Origin: Kiloniellales bacterium
Lineage (GTDB): Bacteria; Pseudomonadota; Alphaproteobacteria; Kiloniellales; JAKSDN01
DNA length: 64,000 nt
Reading direction: 5' to 3'
NCBI GenBank assembly: GCA_041617155.1
Contig: JBFJPL010000004.1
Coordinates: 5,898 to 69,897 of the forward strand
Part shown: positions 30,240 through 41,520 of the stretch, in pieces
How the letters are laid out: every line of letters starts with the position of its first letter
Numbering within the stretch: the first letter of the stretch is position 1
Notes under the pieces: model-generated
Told to the model about the DNA's origin: nothing
The model's database searches: none
The model's input: the letters and a program-made list of their open reading frames with translations, nothing else
Translations under genes and position numbers: made by a program

Positions 30240-30701
30240 TCAGCCGCCGTCGTCGGCGCCGATTTGCTCAATAAAGGTCTCGAAGTCGCGCGCCTCGCGG
30301 AAATTGCGGTAGACCGAGGCGAAGCGCACATAGGCCACCGGATCCAGAGAGGCCAGCGCGTCCATGACCAGCTCGCCGATGTGCTGGGACTTGATCTCAC
30401 TCTCGCCGGAGCTTTCCAGGCGCCGGACGATGCCGTTGACCACGCGCTCGACCCGCTCGGGGTCTACCGGCCGCTTCTGCAGGGCGATGTTCATCGAGCG
30501 CAATAGCTTGTCGCGGTCGAAGGGCTGGCGCTGGTTGCCGCTCTTGAGCACGGTGAGCTCGCGCAGCTGGACCCGCTCAAAGGTGGTGAAGCGGGCGCCG
30601 CAGTTGGGGCACTGACGGCGCCGGCGGATCGCCGAGTTGTCCTCGGTCGGCCGTGAATCCTTGACCTGGGTGTCGTCGTTTCCGCAAAACGGGCAGCGCA
30701 T
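30240..30701 (-). CDS. nrdR: Transcriptional repressor NrdR
   Basis: MRCPFCG...[12 protein letters not shown] zinc ribbon plus ATP-cone. Confidence 0.95.
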   Translation of the reverse strand: MRCPFCGNDDTQVKDSRPTEDNSAIRRRRQCPNCGARFTTFERVQLRELTVLKSGNQRQPFDRDKLLRSMNIALQKRPVDPERVERVVNGIVRRLESSGESEIKSQHIGELVMDALASLDPVAYVRFASVYRNFREARDFETFIEQIGADDGG

Positions 30702-30704
30702 GGT

Positions 30705-32009
30705 CTAGAGTCCCGGATAGATCGGGAAGCGCCGGCACAGCGCGCCCACCTCCTCGCGCACCTCGGCCTCGACGGCGCGGTTGTCCTCCCGGTTGGCGGC
30801 CAGACCGTCCAGTACCCTGCCGATCAACTGCCCGACTTGACGGAACTCGGCGGGCCCGAAGCCGCGCGTGGTCGCCGCCGGGGTGCCGAGACGGATGCCA
30901 GAGGTCACGGTCGGCTTTTCCGGATCGAAGGGCACACCGTTCTTGTTGCAGGTGATGCCCGCGCGGTCCAGGCTTTCCTCGGTTATGTTGCCGGTCAAGC
31001 CCTTGGGCCTGAGATCGACCAGCATGAGATGGGTGTCGGTTCCGCCGGTCACGATGTCGCAGCCGTTCTCGACCAGCACCGCGGCCAGGCTGCGCGCGTT
31101 CTCGACCACGGTCTGGGCATAGGCCTTGAAGCCGGGCCTGAGCGCCTCGCCCAGGGCCGCCGCCTTGGCCGCGATGACGTGCATCAGGGGACCGCCCTGC
31201 AAGCCCGGGAAGGCCGCCGAGTTGATCTTCTTGCCGAGCTCCGGGTCGTTCGACAGCACCATGCCGCCGCGCCCACCGCGCAGGGTCTTGTGGGTCGTCG
31301 TGGTGACCACATGGGCATGGGGCAACGGGCTGGGGTGGATGCCGGCGGCGACCAGCCCGGCGATATGTGCCATATCGACGTGCAGCAGGGCGCCGACCTG
31401 GTCGGCGATCTGGCGGAAGCGCGCGAAGTCGAGCGTGCGCGGATAGGCCGAACCGCCGGCGATGATCAGCCTGGGCTTGTGCTCGCGGGCCAGCGCTTCG
31501 ACCGCACCGAAATCGATCAGGCCGTCCTGCCGGCGCACGCCGTACTGCACCGCGTTGAACCACTTGCCCGAAAGATTGGGCGCCGCGCCGTGGGTGAGGT
31601 GACCGCCGGCCGACAGCGACATGCCCATGATGTTGTCGCCGGGCTTGCACAGCGCCAGCAGGACCGCCTGGTTGGCCTGGGCGCCAGAGTGCGCCTGGAC
31701 GTTGACAAAGGCGCAGCCGAACAGCTGCTTGGCGCGCTCGATGGCCAGCCGCTCGGCGACGTCGACGAACTCACAGCCGCCGTAGTAGCGCCGGCCCGGA
31801 TAGCCCTCGGCGTACTTGTTGGTCAGCACCGAGCCCTGCGCCTCGAGCACGGCGAGCGAAACGATGTTCTCCGAGGCGATCAGCTCGATCTGCTCCTGCT
31901 GGCGGCGCAGCTCGTCGGCGATGGCGGCGGCCAGTTCGGGATCGCTCTCGGCGAGGTGGGCGGTAAAAAAGCCTTCCTCCGGTAAGGCGCTGGCGTCGGC
32001 GGCGGTCAT
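30705..32009 (-). CDS. glyA: Serine hydroxymethyltransferase
   Basis: [40 protein letters not shown] (PLP Lys). ATG at 32009. Confidence 0.95.
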   Translation of the reverse strand: MTAADASALPEEGFFTAHLAESDPELAAAIADELRRQQEQIELIASENIVSLAVLEAQGSVLTNKYAEGYPGRRYYGGCEFVDVAERLAIERAKQLFGCAFVNVQAHSGAQANQAVLLALCKPGDNIMGMSLSAGGHLTHGAAPNLSGKWFNAVQYGVRRQDGLIDFGAVEALAREHKPRLIIAGGSAYPRTLDFARFRQIADQVGALLHVDMAHIAGLVAAGIHPSPLPHAHVVTTTTHKTLRGGRGGMVLSNDPELGKKINSAAFPGLQGGPLMHVIAAKAAALGEALRPGFKAYAQTVVENARSLAAVLVENGCDIVTGGTDTHLMLVDLRPKGLTGNITEESLDRAGITCNKNGVPFDPEKPTVTSGIRLGTPAATTRGFGPAEFRQVGQLIGRVLDGLAANREDNRAVEAEVREEVGALCRRFPIYPGL

Positions 32010-32062
32010 GGGTTCTTTCCCCTCATCTGTCCTGGCTCTTCTGCCCCCTTGGGTTGCCCGGC

Positions 32063-32497
32063 TCAGCCGAGCTTGGCGACCCGCCGCTGATGGCGGCCGC
32101 CGGCGAATTTCGTTTCGAGAAAAGTTTTCAGGCAGTCCTTGGCGACCTCGACCCCGATCAGCCGGGCGCCAAGCGCCAGGACGTTGGCATCGTTGTGTTC
32201 GCGGGTCAACCGGGCCGAGGTCTCGTCGTGGCACGGCGCCGCGCGGACGCCCGGATGCCGGTTGGCCGCCATGGCCATGCCGATGCCCGAGCCGCAGATC
32301 AGCACGCCGCGCTCCGCCCGGCCGTCGGCGAGCGCCGCGGCCAAGGCGTCGGCGAAGTCCGGATAGTCGACCGAGTCAGGCCCGTCGGTGCCGAGATCGA
32401 GCACGCCGTGGCCGAGCGCGCCCAGCTCCTCGACCAGGGTCGATTTAAGATCAAATCCAGCGTGATCCGAAGCGATCGCAATCGGCTTCCCGGCCAT
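32063..32497 (-). CDS. rpiB: Ribose-5-phosphate isomerase B
   Basis: [33 protein letters not shown] at 32497. Confidence 0.9.
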   Translation of the reverse strand: MAGKPIAIASDHAGFDLKSTLVEELGALGHGVLDLGTDGPDSVDYPDFADALAAALADGRAERGVLICGSGIGMAMAANRHPGVRAAPCHDETSARLTREHNDANVLALGARLIGVEVAKDCLKTFLETKFAGGRHQRRVAKLG

Positions 32498-32742
32498 CAC
32501 GAAAGTCCCCAGGCGGTCGTCGGTGAACGGATCGGCGACGCTACCATATGTCGCGGCGGCAGGAAAGCCCGGCACAAGCTGTCGGGGTAGCAGCGGTTTC
32601 ATCGTCCTTCGCTATCCCGGGTTGCATTCAGAGCATTCGCAAGAGAAAAATCAGTATTACAGGAGTGTTTATGAATTGACATCAAGATTTCACTGTGTAA
32701 ATTAAGGGGAACCTAGAATTCATTAACACATGGAAGCAAAAA

Positions 32743-33180
32743 ATGAGTGATGATACGGCTGAGGCCTTGTCTTCGGCAGAGATATTACGCATGACTTCGC
32801 ACGTCGTTGCGGCTTATGTCGGCAATAACGAGCTGCAGACCGCCGAACTCGGCAACGTCATTCAGACGGTTCACGGCTCGCTTTCGGCGCTCAACGGCCA
32901 CGGCGAGGTCACGATCGAGCCGCAGAAGCCGGCGATTTCGGTCCGCCGCTCGGTCACGCCCGACTACATCGTCTGCCTGGAAGACGGCAAGAAGCTGAAA
33001 ATGCTCAAACGGCACCTGCGCACGACCTACAACATGACGCCGGAGGAATACCGGGCCAAGTGGAGCCTGCCGGCCGACTATCCCATGGTGGCGCCGAACT
33101 ACGCCAAGCAGCGCTCCGCCTTCGCCAAGAAGATCGGCCTGGGCCGCGGCAGCTCCAAGGGGCGCAGCAAGAAGCGCTAG
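32743..33180 (+). CDS. MucR/Ros family transcriptional regulator
   Basis: SVTPDYIVCLEDGKKLKMLKRHLRTTYNMTPEEYRAKWSLPADYPMVAPNY is the Ros/MucR DNA-binding core. AT-rich upstream region. The TAG stop lies within the CTAG flank of MITE B1. Confidence 0.9.
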   Translation: MSDDTAEALSSAEILRMTSHVVAAYVGNNELQTAELGNVIQTVHGSLSALNGHGEVTIEPQKPAISVRRSVTPDYIVCLEDGKKLKMLKRHLRTTYNMTPEEYRAKWSLPADYPMVAPNYAKQRSAFAKKIGLGRGSSKGRSKKR

Positions 33181-33450
33181 GAGCCTGTCCGAGTATTGGT
33201 CACGGGCTGCACCGCGTTTTTAAGGCCTTGGGCTAGGACGGTGCCGCGCCGCGATGCCGTGCGCATCGCAAGCGGTGCCGAACGATGTCCCAAGGCCTTG
33301 AAAACGCGGCCCTTCGGGTCGGCCAGACAGACGCGAGTGCCGCGTCGCGAAGGCTTGCCGATGGGCACGGCATCGCCCGCGCCTCCGGTCCTAACCCTCG
33401 CGTCTGTCCGGCCGATGCTGCTCATGACCAATACTCGGACAGGCGCCTAG
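33177..33450 (+). mobile_element. MITE-like foldback element, family B, copy 1
   Basis: 274 bp bounded by CTAG. TIRs ggagcctgtccgagtattggtca / tgaccaatactcggacaggcgcc with 1-2 mismatches. About 90% identical by eye to 38875-39149. Confidence 0.85.
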
Positions 33451-33473
33451 GGCAGCTCTGCGAATCGACAAGT

Positions 33474-33704
33474 CTAGGCGGAAAAATCCGCCCTTCCCGG
33501 TTTCGGCGGGGCCTTGGATTTCGGCGAATCCCGCTTCAGGACATATTCCAGCTTGCGCAGCGCGGCCCGTTCCAATGCCGCCTGTCCGGCGGCCGGATCG
33601 CCGACGATGGAGACCTCGGTCAGGGTGTCGGGATCGACCGCCGAGACCTTAACGTAGGCACCCACCTGATGGAACTCGATCAAGGCTTCGCGCAGCCGGG
33701 CCAT
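33474..33704 (-). CDS. Small conserved hypothetical protein (76 aa)
   Basis: MARLREALIEFHQVGAYVKVSAVDPDTLTEVSIVGDPAAGQAALERAALRKLEYVL has good codon bias. It resembles small alphaproteobacterial proteins of unknown function. Family name not certain. Confidence 0.5.
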   Translation of the reverse strand: MARLREALIEFHQVGAYVKVSAVDPDTLTEVSIVGDPAAGQAALERAALRKLEYVLKRDSPKSKAPPKPGRADFSA

Positions 33705-33861
33705 GGCGCTATGGTGGCGCGAGCAGGCCAAGAAATTGTTAATGGCCAATCGGCCGTAGTGCAGGGCTGCCGAGCGACAGCCAATCTTTCGCACCGGCCG
33801 TTATGGGCTATTATGGCAAAGCAATGTTTTGGGAATCCCCTGCGAAATCGAGGAGCACGCC

Positions 33862-35087
<1,226 letters not shown>

Positions 35088-35091
<4 letters not shown>

Positions 35092-35102
35092 GAGCCTGTC
35101 CG
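35088..35102 (+). repeat. Solo terminus of MITE family B
   Basis: ctaggagcctgtccg is identical to the first 15 nt of B1 and B2, after which similarity is lost. No matching right end found in the following 348-bp non-coding region. Confidence 0.6.
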
Positions 35103-35439
35103 CGCAAGCCGGTTTCCCTCGCCCGGCGCGAGCCGGAACGCTGTCGCGATGCCCGGCCGAAGCGCCTGACAGCGCCGTAGCGAGCGGTTCGATAAGGTCT
35201 GTGAACTTGGGTTATCGAGCGGATCCGCGCCTCCACGGCCTCGGGAAGCCGCCAGCTCGGCAGCGCCATCGCCCGTTCCATGGCCCCGCGGGCGCCGATA
35301 TCAAAGCGCGCGCAGGTCATGGTGTCGGTCAAACTGTTTCGAGGCGCTGCCGTGCAGCGCCTCGACATCAAGGCATATTCGCTGTGGGGGCCGTCCGCCG
35401 ACCGCGCCGCTTGGACACGGCGCGGAAAACCGGGTTTCG

Positions 35440-35907
35440 TCAGGCGGCCGAGCTCATGTTGCCGTAGCGTTGGGGCGTCGCCCAGAACTGGCCGAGCCGG
35501 CGCAGGATGCCGTTGGCCTCGGTCAGGGTTTCGCCGGTCAGCTGGGCGTCGTCGAGCTTGCCCGACTGGGCCTGGAACAGCTCGTCGAGCCGGCGCGAGA
35601 TCTCCAGTCCCTTCTCCGCGGCGCGCACGTGGAACGACCGGCGGTCGTGCGGCGAGCGCTCCTGGATCAGATACTCGTTCTCGACCATCTTCTTGACGTT
35701 GTAAGAGACGTTGGAGCCCAGGTAATAGCCGCGCTGGGTCAATTCGCCGACGGTCAGCTCTTCGTCGCCGATATTGAACAGGATCAGGGCCTGCACGTTA
35801 TTCAGGTCGCGGACGCCGATTCGATCGAGTTCGGCCTTGACGACCTCGAGGCATTGCCGGTGCAAACGCTCGATGAGCGAAATGGTTTCTAAGTAAGCTG
35901 CTTTCAC
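35440..35907 (-). CDS. MarR-like winged-helix transcriptional regulator
   Basis: 155 aa. LNNVQALILFNIGDEELTVGELTQRGYYLGSNVSYNVKKMVENEYLIQERSPHDRR. Confidence 0.75.
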   Translation of the reverse strand: MKAAYLETISLIERLHRQCLEVVKAELDRIGVRDLNNVQALILFNIGDEELTVGELTQRGYYLGSNVSYNVKKMVENEYLIQERSPHDRRSFHVRAAEKGLEISRRLDELFQAQSGKLDDAQLTGETLTEANGILRRLGQFWATPQRYGNMSSAA

Positions 35908-36141
35908 GGCGAACCCCCGCGACTAATATTAACGTTTGGTTGCTGTATCATCTTAGGCATCACCGGGTTAATGACCGCTTAAAGCTGGGCAAATTTATCC
36001 CTTATCTGGTGTAAATGTTGTAACAGCTACTATTTTACGCTTATTTGTTCGATCAAGCTCCGCTATTTCGGCCCCGGAAATTTACCAAGGGTCATCATCG
36101 ATCACCTTTGTGGGTGAGCGGTGCGGCGCGAGAAGCGCCGC

Positions 36142-37029
36142 TCAGCCGCCGCGAATCAGCTTGATGATCGCCGAATAGTCGAGGCCGCCGTGGCCGGCGT
36201 TGACGAACATGGTGTAGAGCGCGGTGGCCTCGGCGCCGAGCGGCGTGGCGGTGCCGGCCTGGCTGGCCGCCATTTGCGAAAGCTTGAGGTCCTTGTGCAT
36301 CATGGCGGCGGCAAAGCCGGGCCGGTAGTCTCGGTTGGCCGCCGAGGTCTCGACGATGCCGGGCACCGGATTGTGGTTCAGCATGGCCCAGCAGGAGCCC
36401 GAGGAGACCGAGGAGATCTCGAACAGCTTGTTCGGCTCGAGGCCGAGCGCCTCGCCCAGCGTGAAGGCCTCGGCGCACGCCAGCATGGAAATTCCGAGGA
36501 TCATGTTGTTGCAGACCTTGGCCACCTGGCCGTTGCCCGGACCGCCGGCATGCACGATGTTGCGGCCCATGACCTCGAGCAGCGGCTTGGCGCAGGCGAA
36601 GGCGTCGTCGGTGCCGCCGCACATGAAGGTCAGCGTCGCCCCGGCCGCGCCGGCGACACCGCCGGAGACCGGCGCGTCGAGCATCGCGTGGCCGGCCGCC
36701 GCGACCGCCTCGTGCACGGCGCGGGCGCTGCCCACGTCGATCGTCGAGCTGTCGATGAACAGGCTGTCCGGCGCGGCTGCGGCGATCAGGCCGTCGTCGC
36801 CCAGATAGGCGCTCCTGACGTGCTCGCCGGCCGGCAGCATGGTAATCACCGTGTCCGCGCGTCGGACCGCTTCGGCGGCGCTCTCGACCGTCGCCGCGCC
36901 GGCCTTGGCGGCCGCCTCGAGCGCCGCCGGCACCAAGTCGTAGCCGGTCACCTTGTGCCCGGCCTTGACCAGATTGCCCGCCATGGGCCCGCCCATGTTG
37001 CCGAGCCCGATGAAGCCGATATCGGCCAT
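36142..37029 (-). CDS. mmsB: 3-hydroxyisobutyrate dehydrogenase
   Basis: IGFIGLGNMGGPMAGNL Rossmann motif, MLDAPVSGG, GNGQVAKVCNNM. ggaggg RBS before the ATG at 37029. Confidence 0.9.
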   Translation of the reverse strand: MADIGFIGLGNMGGPMAGNLVKAGHKVTGYDLVPAALEAAAKAGAATVESAAEAVRRADTVITMLPAGEHVRSAYLGDDGLIAAAAPDSLFIDSSTIDVGSARAVHEAVAAAGHAMLDAPVSGGVAGAAGATLTFMCGGTDDAFACAKPLLEVMGRNIVHAGGPGNGQVAKVCNNMILGISMLACAEAFTLGEALGLEPNKLFEISSVSSGSCWAMLNHNPVPGIVETSAANRDYRPGFAAAMMHKDLKLSQMAASQAGTATPLGAEATALYTMFVNAGHGGLDYSAIIKLIRGG

Positions 37030-37209
37030 TTTTCCCTCCAAAGCATCGTTTGCCGGCTGTCTTGCAGCAGAGGATCAAAGCCAACCGATGGCCCTCTGAT
37101 GGCTGCCCAGCCAAGCATCCATCGTGGCCGAAAGGCCTCGCTCGGGCAACCACGGACCGCCTTCGAAGCAATTCGGCACGGCCACTGACGACCTGGGTAT
37201 CGGATCAGA

Positions 37210-38763
37210 TCAACCCAGACTCCCGAAGTCGTAGTAAAGCAGCGTCGTGCCGATCCCGGCCGCGCCCATGATCAGGAAAGACAGCAGCAGGTGTTTGAAG
37301 AGACCCCTGTGACCCAAGGAGAACGCCAGGAACAGCTTCATGAAGGTGTTGGACAGGGCGCCCAGCACGACATTGAAGCTGGCCCAGTCGAGCGAGATCA
37401 GCCCTGACCGCTGGGCGTCGCTCAAGGAGAAGGCAACGGCATCGGCGTCGGTCAGGCCGCTCACGATCGCCACCACGGGCAGCCACGCCCCGCCGAGGTA
37501 GGTGATCGCGAGGCGCGTCACCATCAAGATGGCGGCGAAGACGAGGCCGAATGTGATCGCGGACTTCAGGCTGAAGGGATTGTCGAAGCTCACCTCCTCG
37601 GATTCGGCGCCCTTGGCCGCCGCCTTCTTCGAGCGGAGTAGGAACCAGACGGCCATGAGCATGCCGGTCGCCCCGGTGACGAGGATCGGCACGGCCATGT
37701 TGCGCATCAGCGCCTGATTGAACACGCCGATCTGGATCAATAGCCGGGGAAACATGATGGACGACGCCAACAGTATCGCGACCGCGAAGGTCTGGTTCCA
37801 CGCCGGCAGTTCCTTGCTGCGCTTGGCGAAGCTCAAAGTCGTGACGGTGCTCGAGGCGAGGCCGCCGATCAGTCCCGTAAGGCCGATCCCGGCGCCGCGG
37901 CCAAGGATCTTGACCAGAACGTAGCCGACGAAGCTGACGAAGGAGACCAGCACGACGATCAGCCACACCTTGAAGGGCTTGAGCGCCGCAAGCATGTGCA
38001 TGACGAACATCGGCGCCAAGGGGGCGTAGAGGGCGGCCCCGTCGGTGATCTGCTCCGCCTGATTACCGCTGTAGCGGCCGGCCACCCTGTCCTCGGCCAC
38101 GCTGGTGATCTGCAGCACGCCGAGATAGGCGCCGTCGCCGTAGAGGTTCAGGCTGTCGTTGACCTCGAATAGCTGCTGCCCGGCCGGGGCGAAGGCCAGC
38201 TCGCCCGTGGCGTGCGCAATCGTGGTGACCCGACCCACCGAATAGGTCAGCAGGTTGTCCAAGGACTGCTGCGGCAGGATGGGCAGGACGATGAATGTGA
38301 TGATCAGGAACTTGAGCGCCGCTTCGAGCTCAAAGAACTTGATCTCCGAGCTGAACTGATTGAAGGCTCTCTTCTGGGAAAGAATGGTGAGCATGGCGAT
38401 CGCCAGCGCGATCGAGAGCGCGTGCATGCCCTGCATGGTCAAGACGCCGAGGAAGAAGGTGACGATGGCGGCGGCTTCCGTGGTGACGCCGGTCCCTTCG
38501 ACCTTTTTTGCCTGGTCGGCCCAGTACGCGAGCAGAAGCAGGGCGAGGAAACCGAGAAAACCCACGGCGATCAGCCACGAGTTTGCGAACAGCGTCGCGA
38601 CGAAGGCGCTGATCGCGCCGATCAGCGCAAACAAGACGAAGTCGCGCAGTCCGGCATGGGGATTTTCCCGGGCGCCCATCGCCCGTTCCAGACCAATCAG
38701 AAAGCCCAGCGCCCCTGCCAGACCGAACTTGATGAAGAGATCCAGGAGCTCTTCCTGTGCCAC
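37210..38763 (-). CDS. MgtC/SapB-family plus DUF4010-type integral membrane protein
   Basis: N-terminal LAGALGFLIGLERA...GLRDFVLFALIG (MgtC-like). C-terminal multi-TM part ending VSGLTDADAVAFS (DUF4010-like). A soluble insert of about 100 aa lies between them. Confidence 0.75.
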   Translation of the reverse strand: MAQEELLDLFIKFGLAGALGFLIGLERAMGARENPHAGLRDFVLFALIGAISAFVATLFANSWLIAVGFLGFLALLLLAYWADQAKKVEGTGVTTEAAAIVTFFLGVLTMQGMHALSIALAIAMLTILSQKRAFNQFSSEIKFFELEAALKFLIITFIVLPILPQQSLDNLLTYSVGRVTTIAHATGELAFAPAGQQLFEVNDSLNLYGDGAYLGVLQITSVAEDRVAGRYSGNQAEQITDGAALYAPLAPMFVMHMLAALKPFKVWLIVVLVSFVSFVGYVLVKILGRGAGIGLTGLIGGLASSTVTTLSFAKRSKELPAWNQTFAVAILLASSIMFPRLLIQIGVFNQALMRNMAVPILVTGATGMLMAVWFLLRSKKAAAKGAESEEVSFDNPFSLKSAITFGLVFAAILMVTRLAITYLGGAWLPVVAIVSGLTDADAVAFSLSDAQRSGLISLDWASFNVVLGALSNTFMKLFLAFSLGHRGLFKHLLLSFLIMGAAGIGTTLLYYDFGSLG

Positions 38764-38874
38764 GACCTGCCCCCCTAATTAGGCTGCGAGGCGCAAACCC
38801 TGCGACCCGGCCGTCACCAGCTTCTCACCGTTCCGAGCGCAGGGTCAATGGCGGGCCCGGCGGCGCAACCGCCG

Positions 38875-39149
38875 CTAGGAGCCTGTCCGAGTATTGGTCA
38901 CGGGCTGCACCGCGTTTTCAAGGCCGTGGGCTAGGACGCTGCCGCCCCGCGATGCCGGGCGCATCGCAAGCGGTGCCGGACGACGTCCCCAGGCCGTGAA
39001 AACGCGGCCCTTCGGGTCGGCCGGACAGACGCGAGCGCCGCGTCGCGAAGGCTTGCCGATGCGCAACGGCATCGCCCGCCCCTCCGCTCCTAACACGCGC
39101 GTCTGTCCGGCCGATGCAGTCCATGACCAATACTCGGACAGGCTCCTAG
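38875..39149 (+). mobile_element. MITE-like foldback element, family B, copy 2
   Basis: 275 bp bounded by CTAG. Same orientation and termini as 33177-33450. Confidence 0.85.
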
Positions 39150-39450
39150 ATGGCTAGACCAGCAACAAAGGACGGAGATTGCGAATCGAGACGTCGACCA
39201 AGATCCGATCGCCTGCGACAATCGAAATTGCTAGCGTTTTCGGACAGCTGGAGATTCTATCCGGGCAATCGCGGCTTGGGTCAGTGAGTCGAGCGGTCCC
39301 GACGGCGGGAACCTTCCGGCCGGTGGCGCGCGGCCATGTGTTGATTCGCGCGGCCGATCGGGCGGTCCAACCAAACCCGACCGGCGAGAACCGATCGAGG
39401 TGCAACCCAGGCGAACCCGGCCGGGCAAACAGCGGCAGCAGACGAGCGGG

Positions 39451-40485
39451 ATGGACATTGCGACTGGTCTGGCGATCGCGACGATCGTGATCGTTCTCAT
39501 ATTCGACTATACCAACGGCTTTCACGATGCCTCGAACATCGTCGCCACGGTCATCGCCTCGCGCGCCATGACCCCGATCCAGGCGGTCATCCTGGTCGCC
39601 ATCTTCGAGTTTCTCGGCCCGCTCCTGGGCGGCACCGCGGTGGCCGACACCATCGGCAAGTTCATCGACGTGAGTTCGCTGGCCGGCGTCACCTCGCTCG
39701 CCATCATCCTGGCCGGCGTGATCGGCGCCATCGTCTGGAACCTGGGGACCTGGTGGCTCGGCATTCCCTCCAGTTCGTCGCATGCCCTGGTCGGCGGTTT
39801 GGTCGGGACAGTGCTGGTCTCGGCAGGTCCGTCAAACGTGGTCTGGGGCTTCGCGGACCTGTTCTTGCACGGTCGCGCAACCGGCGTCACGAAAGTGCTG
39901 TTGGCGCTTATACTCTCGCCGATCATCGGCTTCTGGGTCGGCTTCGCCGTACACCGCGTCACCGGCCTGCTGCTGCGCGGGGCCCGGCCGTCGATCAATC
40001 GGAACCTGCGCCGGGGTCAGATCGCGACCGCCGCCTGGCTGGCCTTCTCGCACGGCACCAACGACGCCCAGAAAAGCATGGGCATCATCACCTTGATCCT
40101 GGTGACCGGGGGCCTGATCAACAACTTCGAGGTTCCGTTCTGGACGATCCTGGCCTGCGCCGCCGCGATCACCCTGGGCATCCTATCCGGCGGCTGGCGC
40201 ATCGTGCGCACGGTCGGCTTTGGCATCTACAAGGTCCGGCCGCTGCACGCGCTGAACGCCCAAGTGACCGCCGCGGCCGTGATCTTCGGCGCGGCCCTGG
40301 TCGGTGGCCCGGTGTCGACCACCCATGTGGTCAGCTCGTCGATCATGGGCATCGGCGCATCGGAGCGCCCGAAGGCGGTGCGCTGGGCCAAGGCCAAGGA
40401 GATCGTCTCGACCTGGTTGATCACGATCCCGGGGGCTGGCACGGTCGGCGTCCTGACCTGGCTCGCGGTGCAGGTTTTCGTCTAG
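39451..40485 (+). CDS. pit: Inorganic phosphate transporter, PiT family
   Basis: Duplicated signatures GFHDASN and SHGTNDAQK. Multi-TM. ATG at 39451. Confidence 0.9.
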   Translation: MDIATGLAIATIVIVLIFDYTNGFHDASNIVATVIASRAMTPIQAVILVAIFEFLGPLLGGTAVADTIGKFIDVSSLAGVTSLAIILAGVIGAIVWNLGTWWLGIPSSSSHALVGGLVGTVLVSAGPSNVVWGFADLFLHGRATGVTKVLLALILSPIIGFWVGFAVHRVTGLLLRGARPSINRNLRRGQIATAAWLAFSHGTNDAQKSMGIITLILVTGGLINNFEVPFWTILACAAAITLGILSGGWRIVRTVGFGIYKVRPLHALNAQVTAAAVIFGAALVGGPVSTTHVVSSSIMGIGASERPKAVRWAKAKEIVSTWLITIPGAGTVGVLTWLAVQVFV

Positions 40486-40550
40486 CGCGGCGAGAGCCGG
40501 CGGCATCGGCCTGCCGGTGGATCGCGGCGAGCATCTTGGAGGAAAATGCC

Positions 40551-41252
40551 ATGGCTGAAGGTTCCGCAAATGTCGTCACCAGACTGGTCGACCGGGTGTT
40601 CCCGCGCATGCCGGACTTCTACGGTCTGATGAACGATCAGTGCGATCTCTTGGTGAGCGCGATGCAGGAGTTCGTCGACTACATGCACACCGGCGATTCG
40701 GATACCGGCAAGCGGGTCGCCGGGGTCCTGGAAAAGCAGGGCGACGAGCTGAAGCGGCGCAACCTGCAAATGCTCAACAAGGCCTTCGCCACGCCGATGG
40801 ACCGCGAGGAGATCTATCGCGCCATAGAAGGCATCGACCACGTGCTCAACTACGCCAAGACCACGGTGCGCGAAATGGAGGCGTTCGAAGCCGCCCCGGA
40901 CGGCCACACCCTGGAGATGGCCATCCATCTGAAGCAGGGAGCCGAGGCGTTGCGGGCGGGTTTCCGCAAGATCGCCACCGCGCCGGACCAGGCCGAGGCC
41001 GACGCCCAGGCTGCGCGCAAGGCCGAGCGGCAGATCGAGAAGTCCTACCGCCGGGCCCTCGCCGAGCTGTTCAAAGCCGAAGTCTATCATGCCAAGCTGC
41101 AGGAACAGGGCGGCGGCACCGGATCGGACGCTCTGCGCTGCATGACCGAGATCTTGAAACGGCGCGAGATATACCGCCACCTGTCGAACGGCGGCGACCG
41201 CCTGGCCCGTGCGGGACAGACGCTGCACGACATCATCGTTAAGATCGCTTGA
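40551..41252 (+). CDS. DUF47 (PhoU-like, Pit-accessory) family protein
   Basis: About 233-aa helical protein. FATPMDREEIYRAIEGIDHVLN is typical of DUF47 proteins encoded next to pit. Confidence 0.8.
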   Translation: MAEGSANVVTRLVDRVFPRMPDFYGLMNDQCDLLVSAMQEFVDYMHTGDSDTGKRVAGVLEKQGDELKRRNLQMLNKAFATPMDREEIYRAIEGIDHVLNYAKTTVREMEAFEAAPDGHTLEMAIHLKQGAEALRAGFRKIATAPDQAEADAQAARKAERQIEKSYRRALAELFKAEVYHAKLQEQGGGTGSDALRCMTEILKRREIYRHLSNGGDRLARAGQTLHDIIVKIA

Positions 41253-41520
41253 CTCGCGGCGCCGGACGGCCGGCATGACGGAACCGATCGATGGCATCGT
41301 CCGGCGGCCGCAGAAGCCGAATTGCACGCCGGGCGGCAGTATCGAGATGAACGGCAAGGTCGAGCAAGGCGAGACCTTAACAGCGGCCAAGTCAGTTGAG
41401 AATCGTGGGAGCGGGCTCATATCAGAAGTCGGTTGTGTCGCCGTACTTCAGATTCCCGCCGCCGAAGACATGAGCTCGAACTTATCAGGGACAATGCCCG
41501 CAGCTGTCGCGGCCGGCGGG

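Noticed and set aside
33196-33450. 84-aa ORF with its 87-aa look-alike at 38894-39157, and 75-aa/73-aa ORFs on the opposite strand.
   Set aside because: The similarity is explained by the DNA repeat (MITE family B). The ORFs run through inverted-repeat arms, have no RBS, and differ by frame-breaking substitutions.
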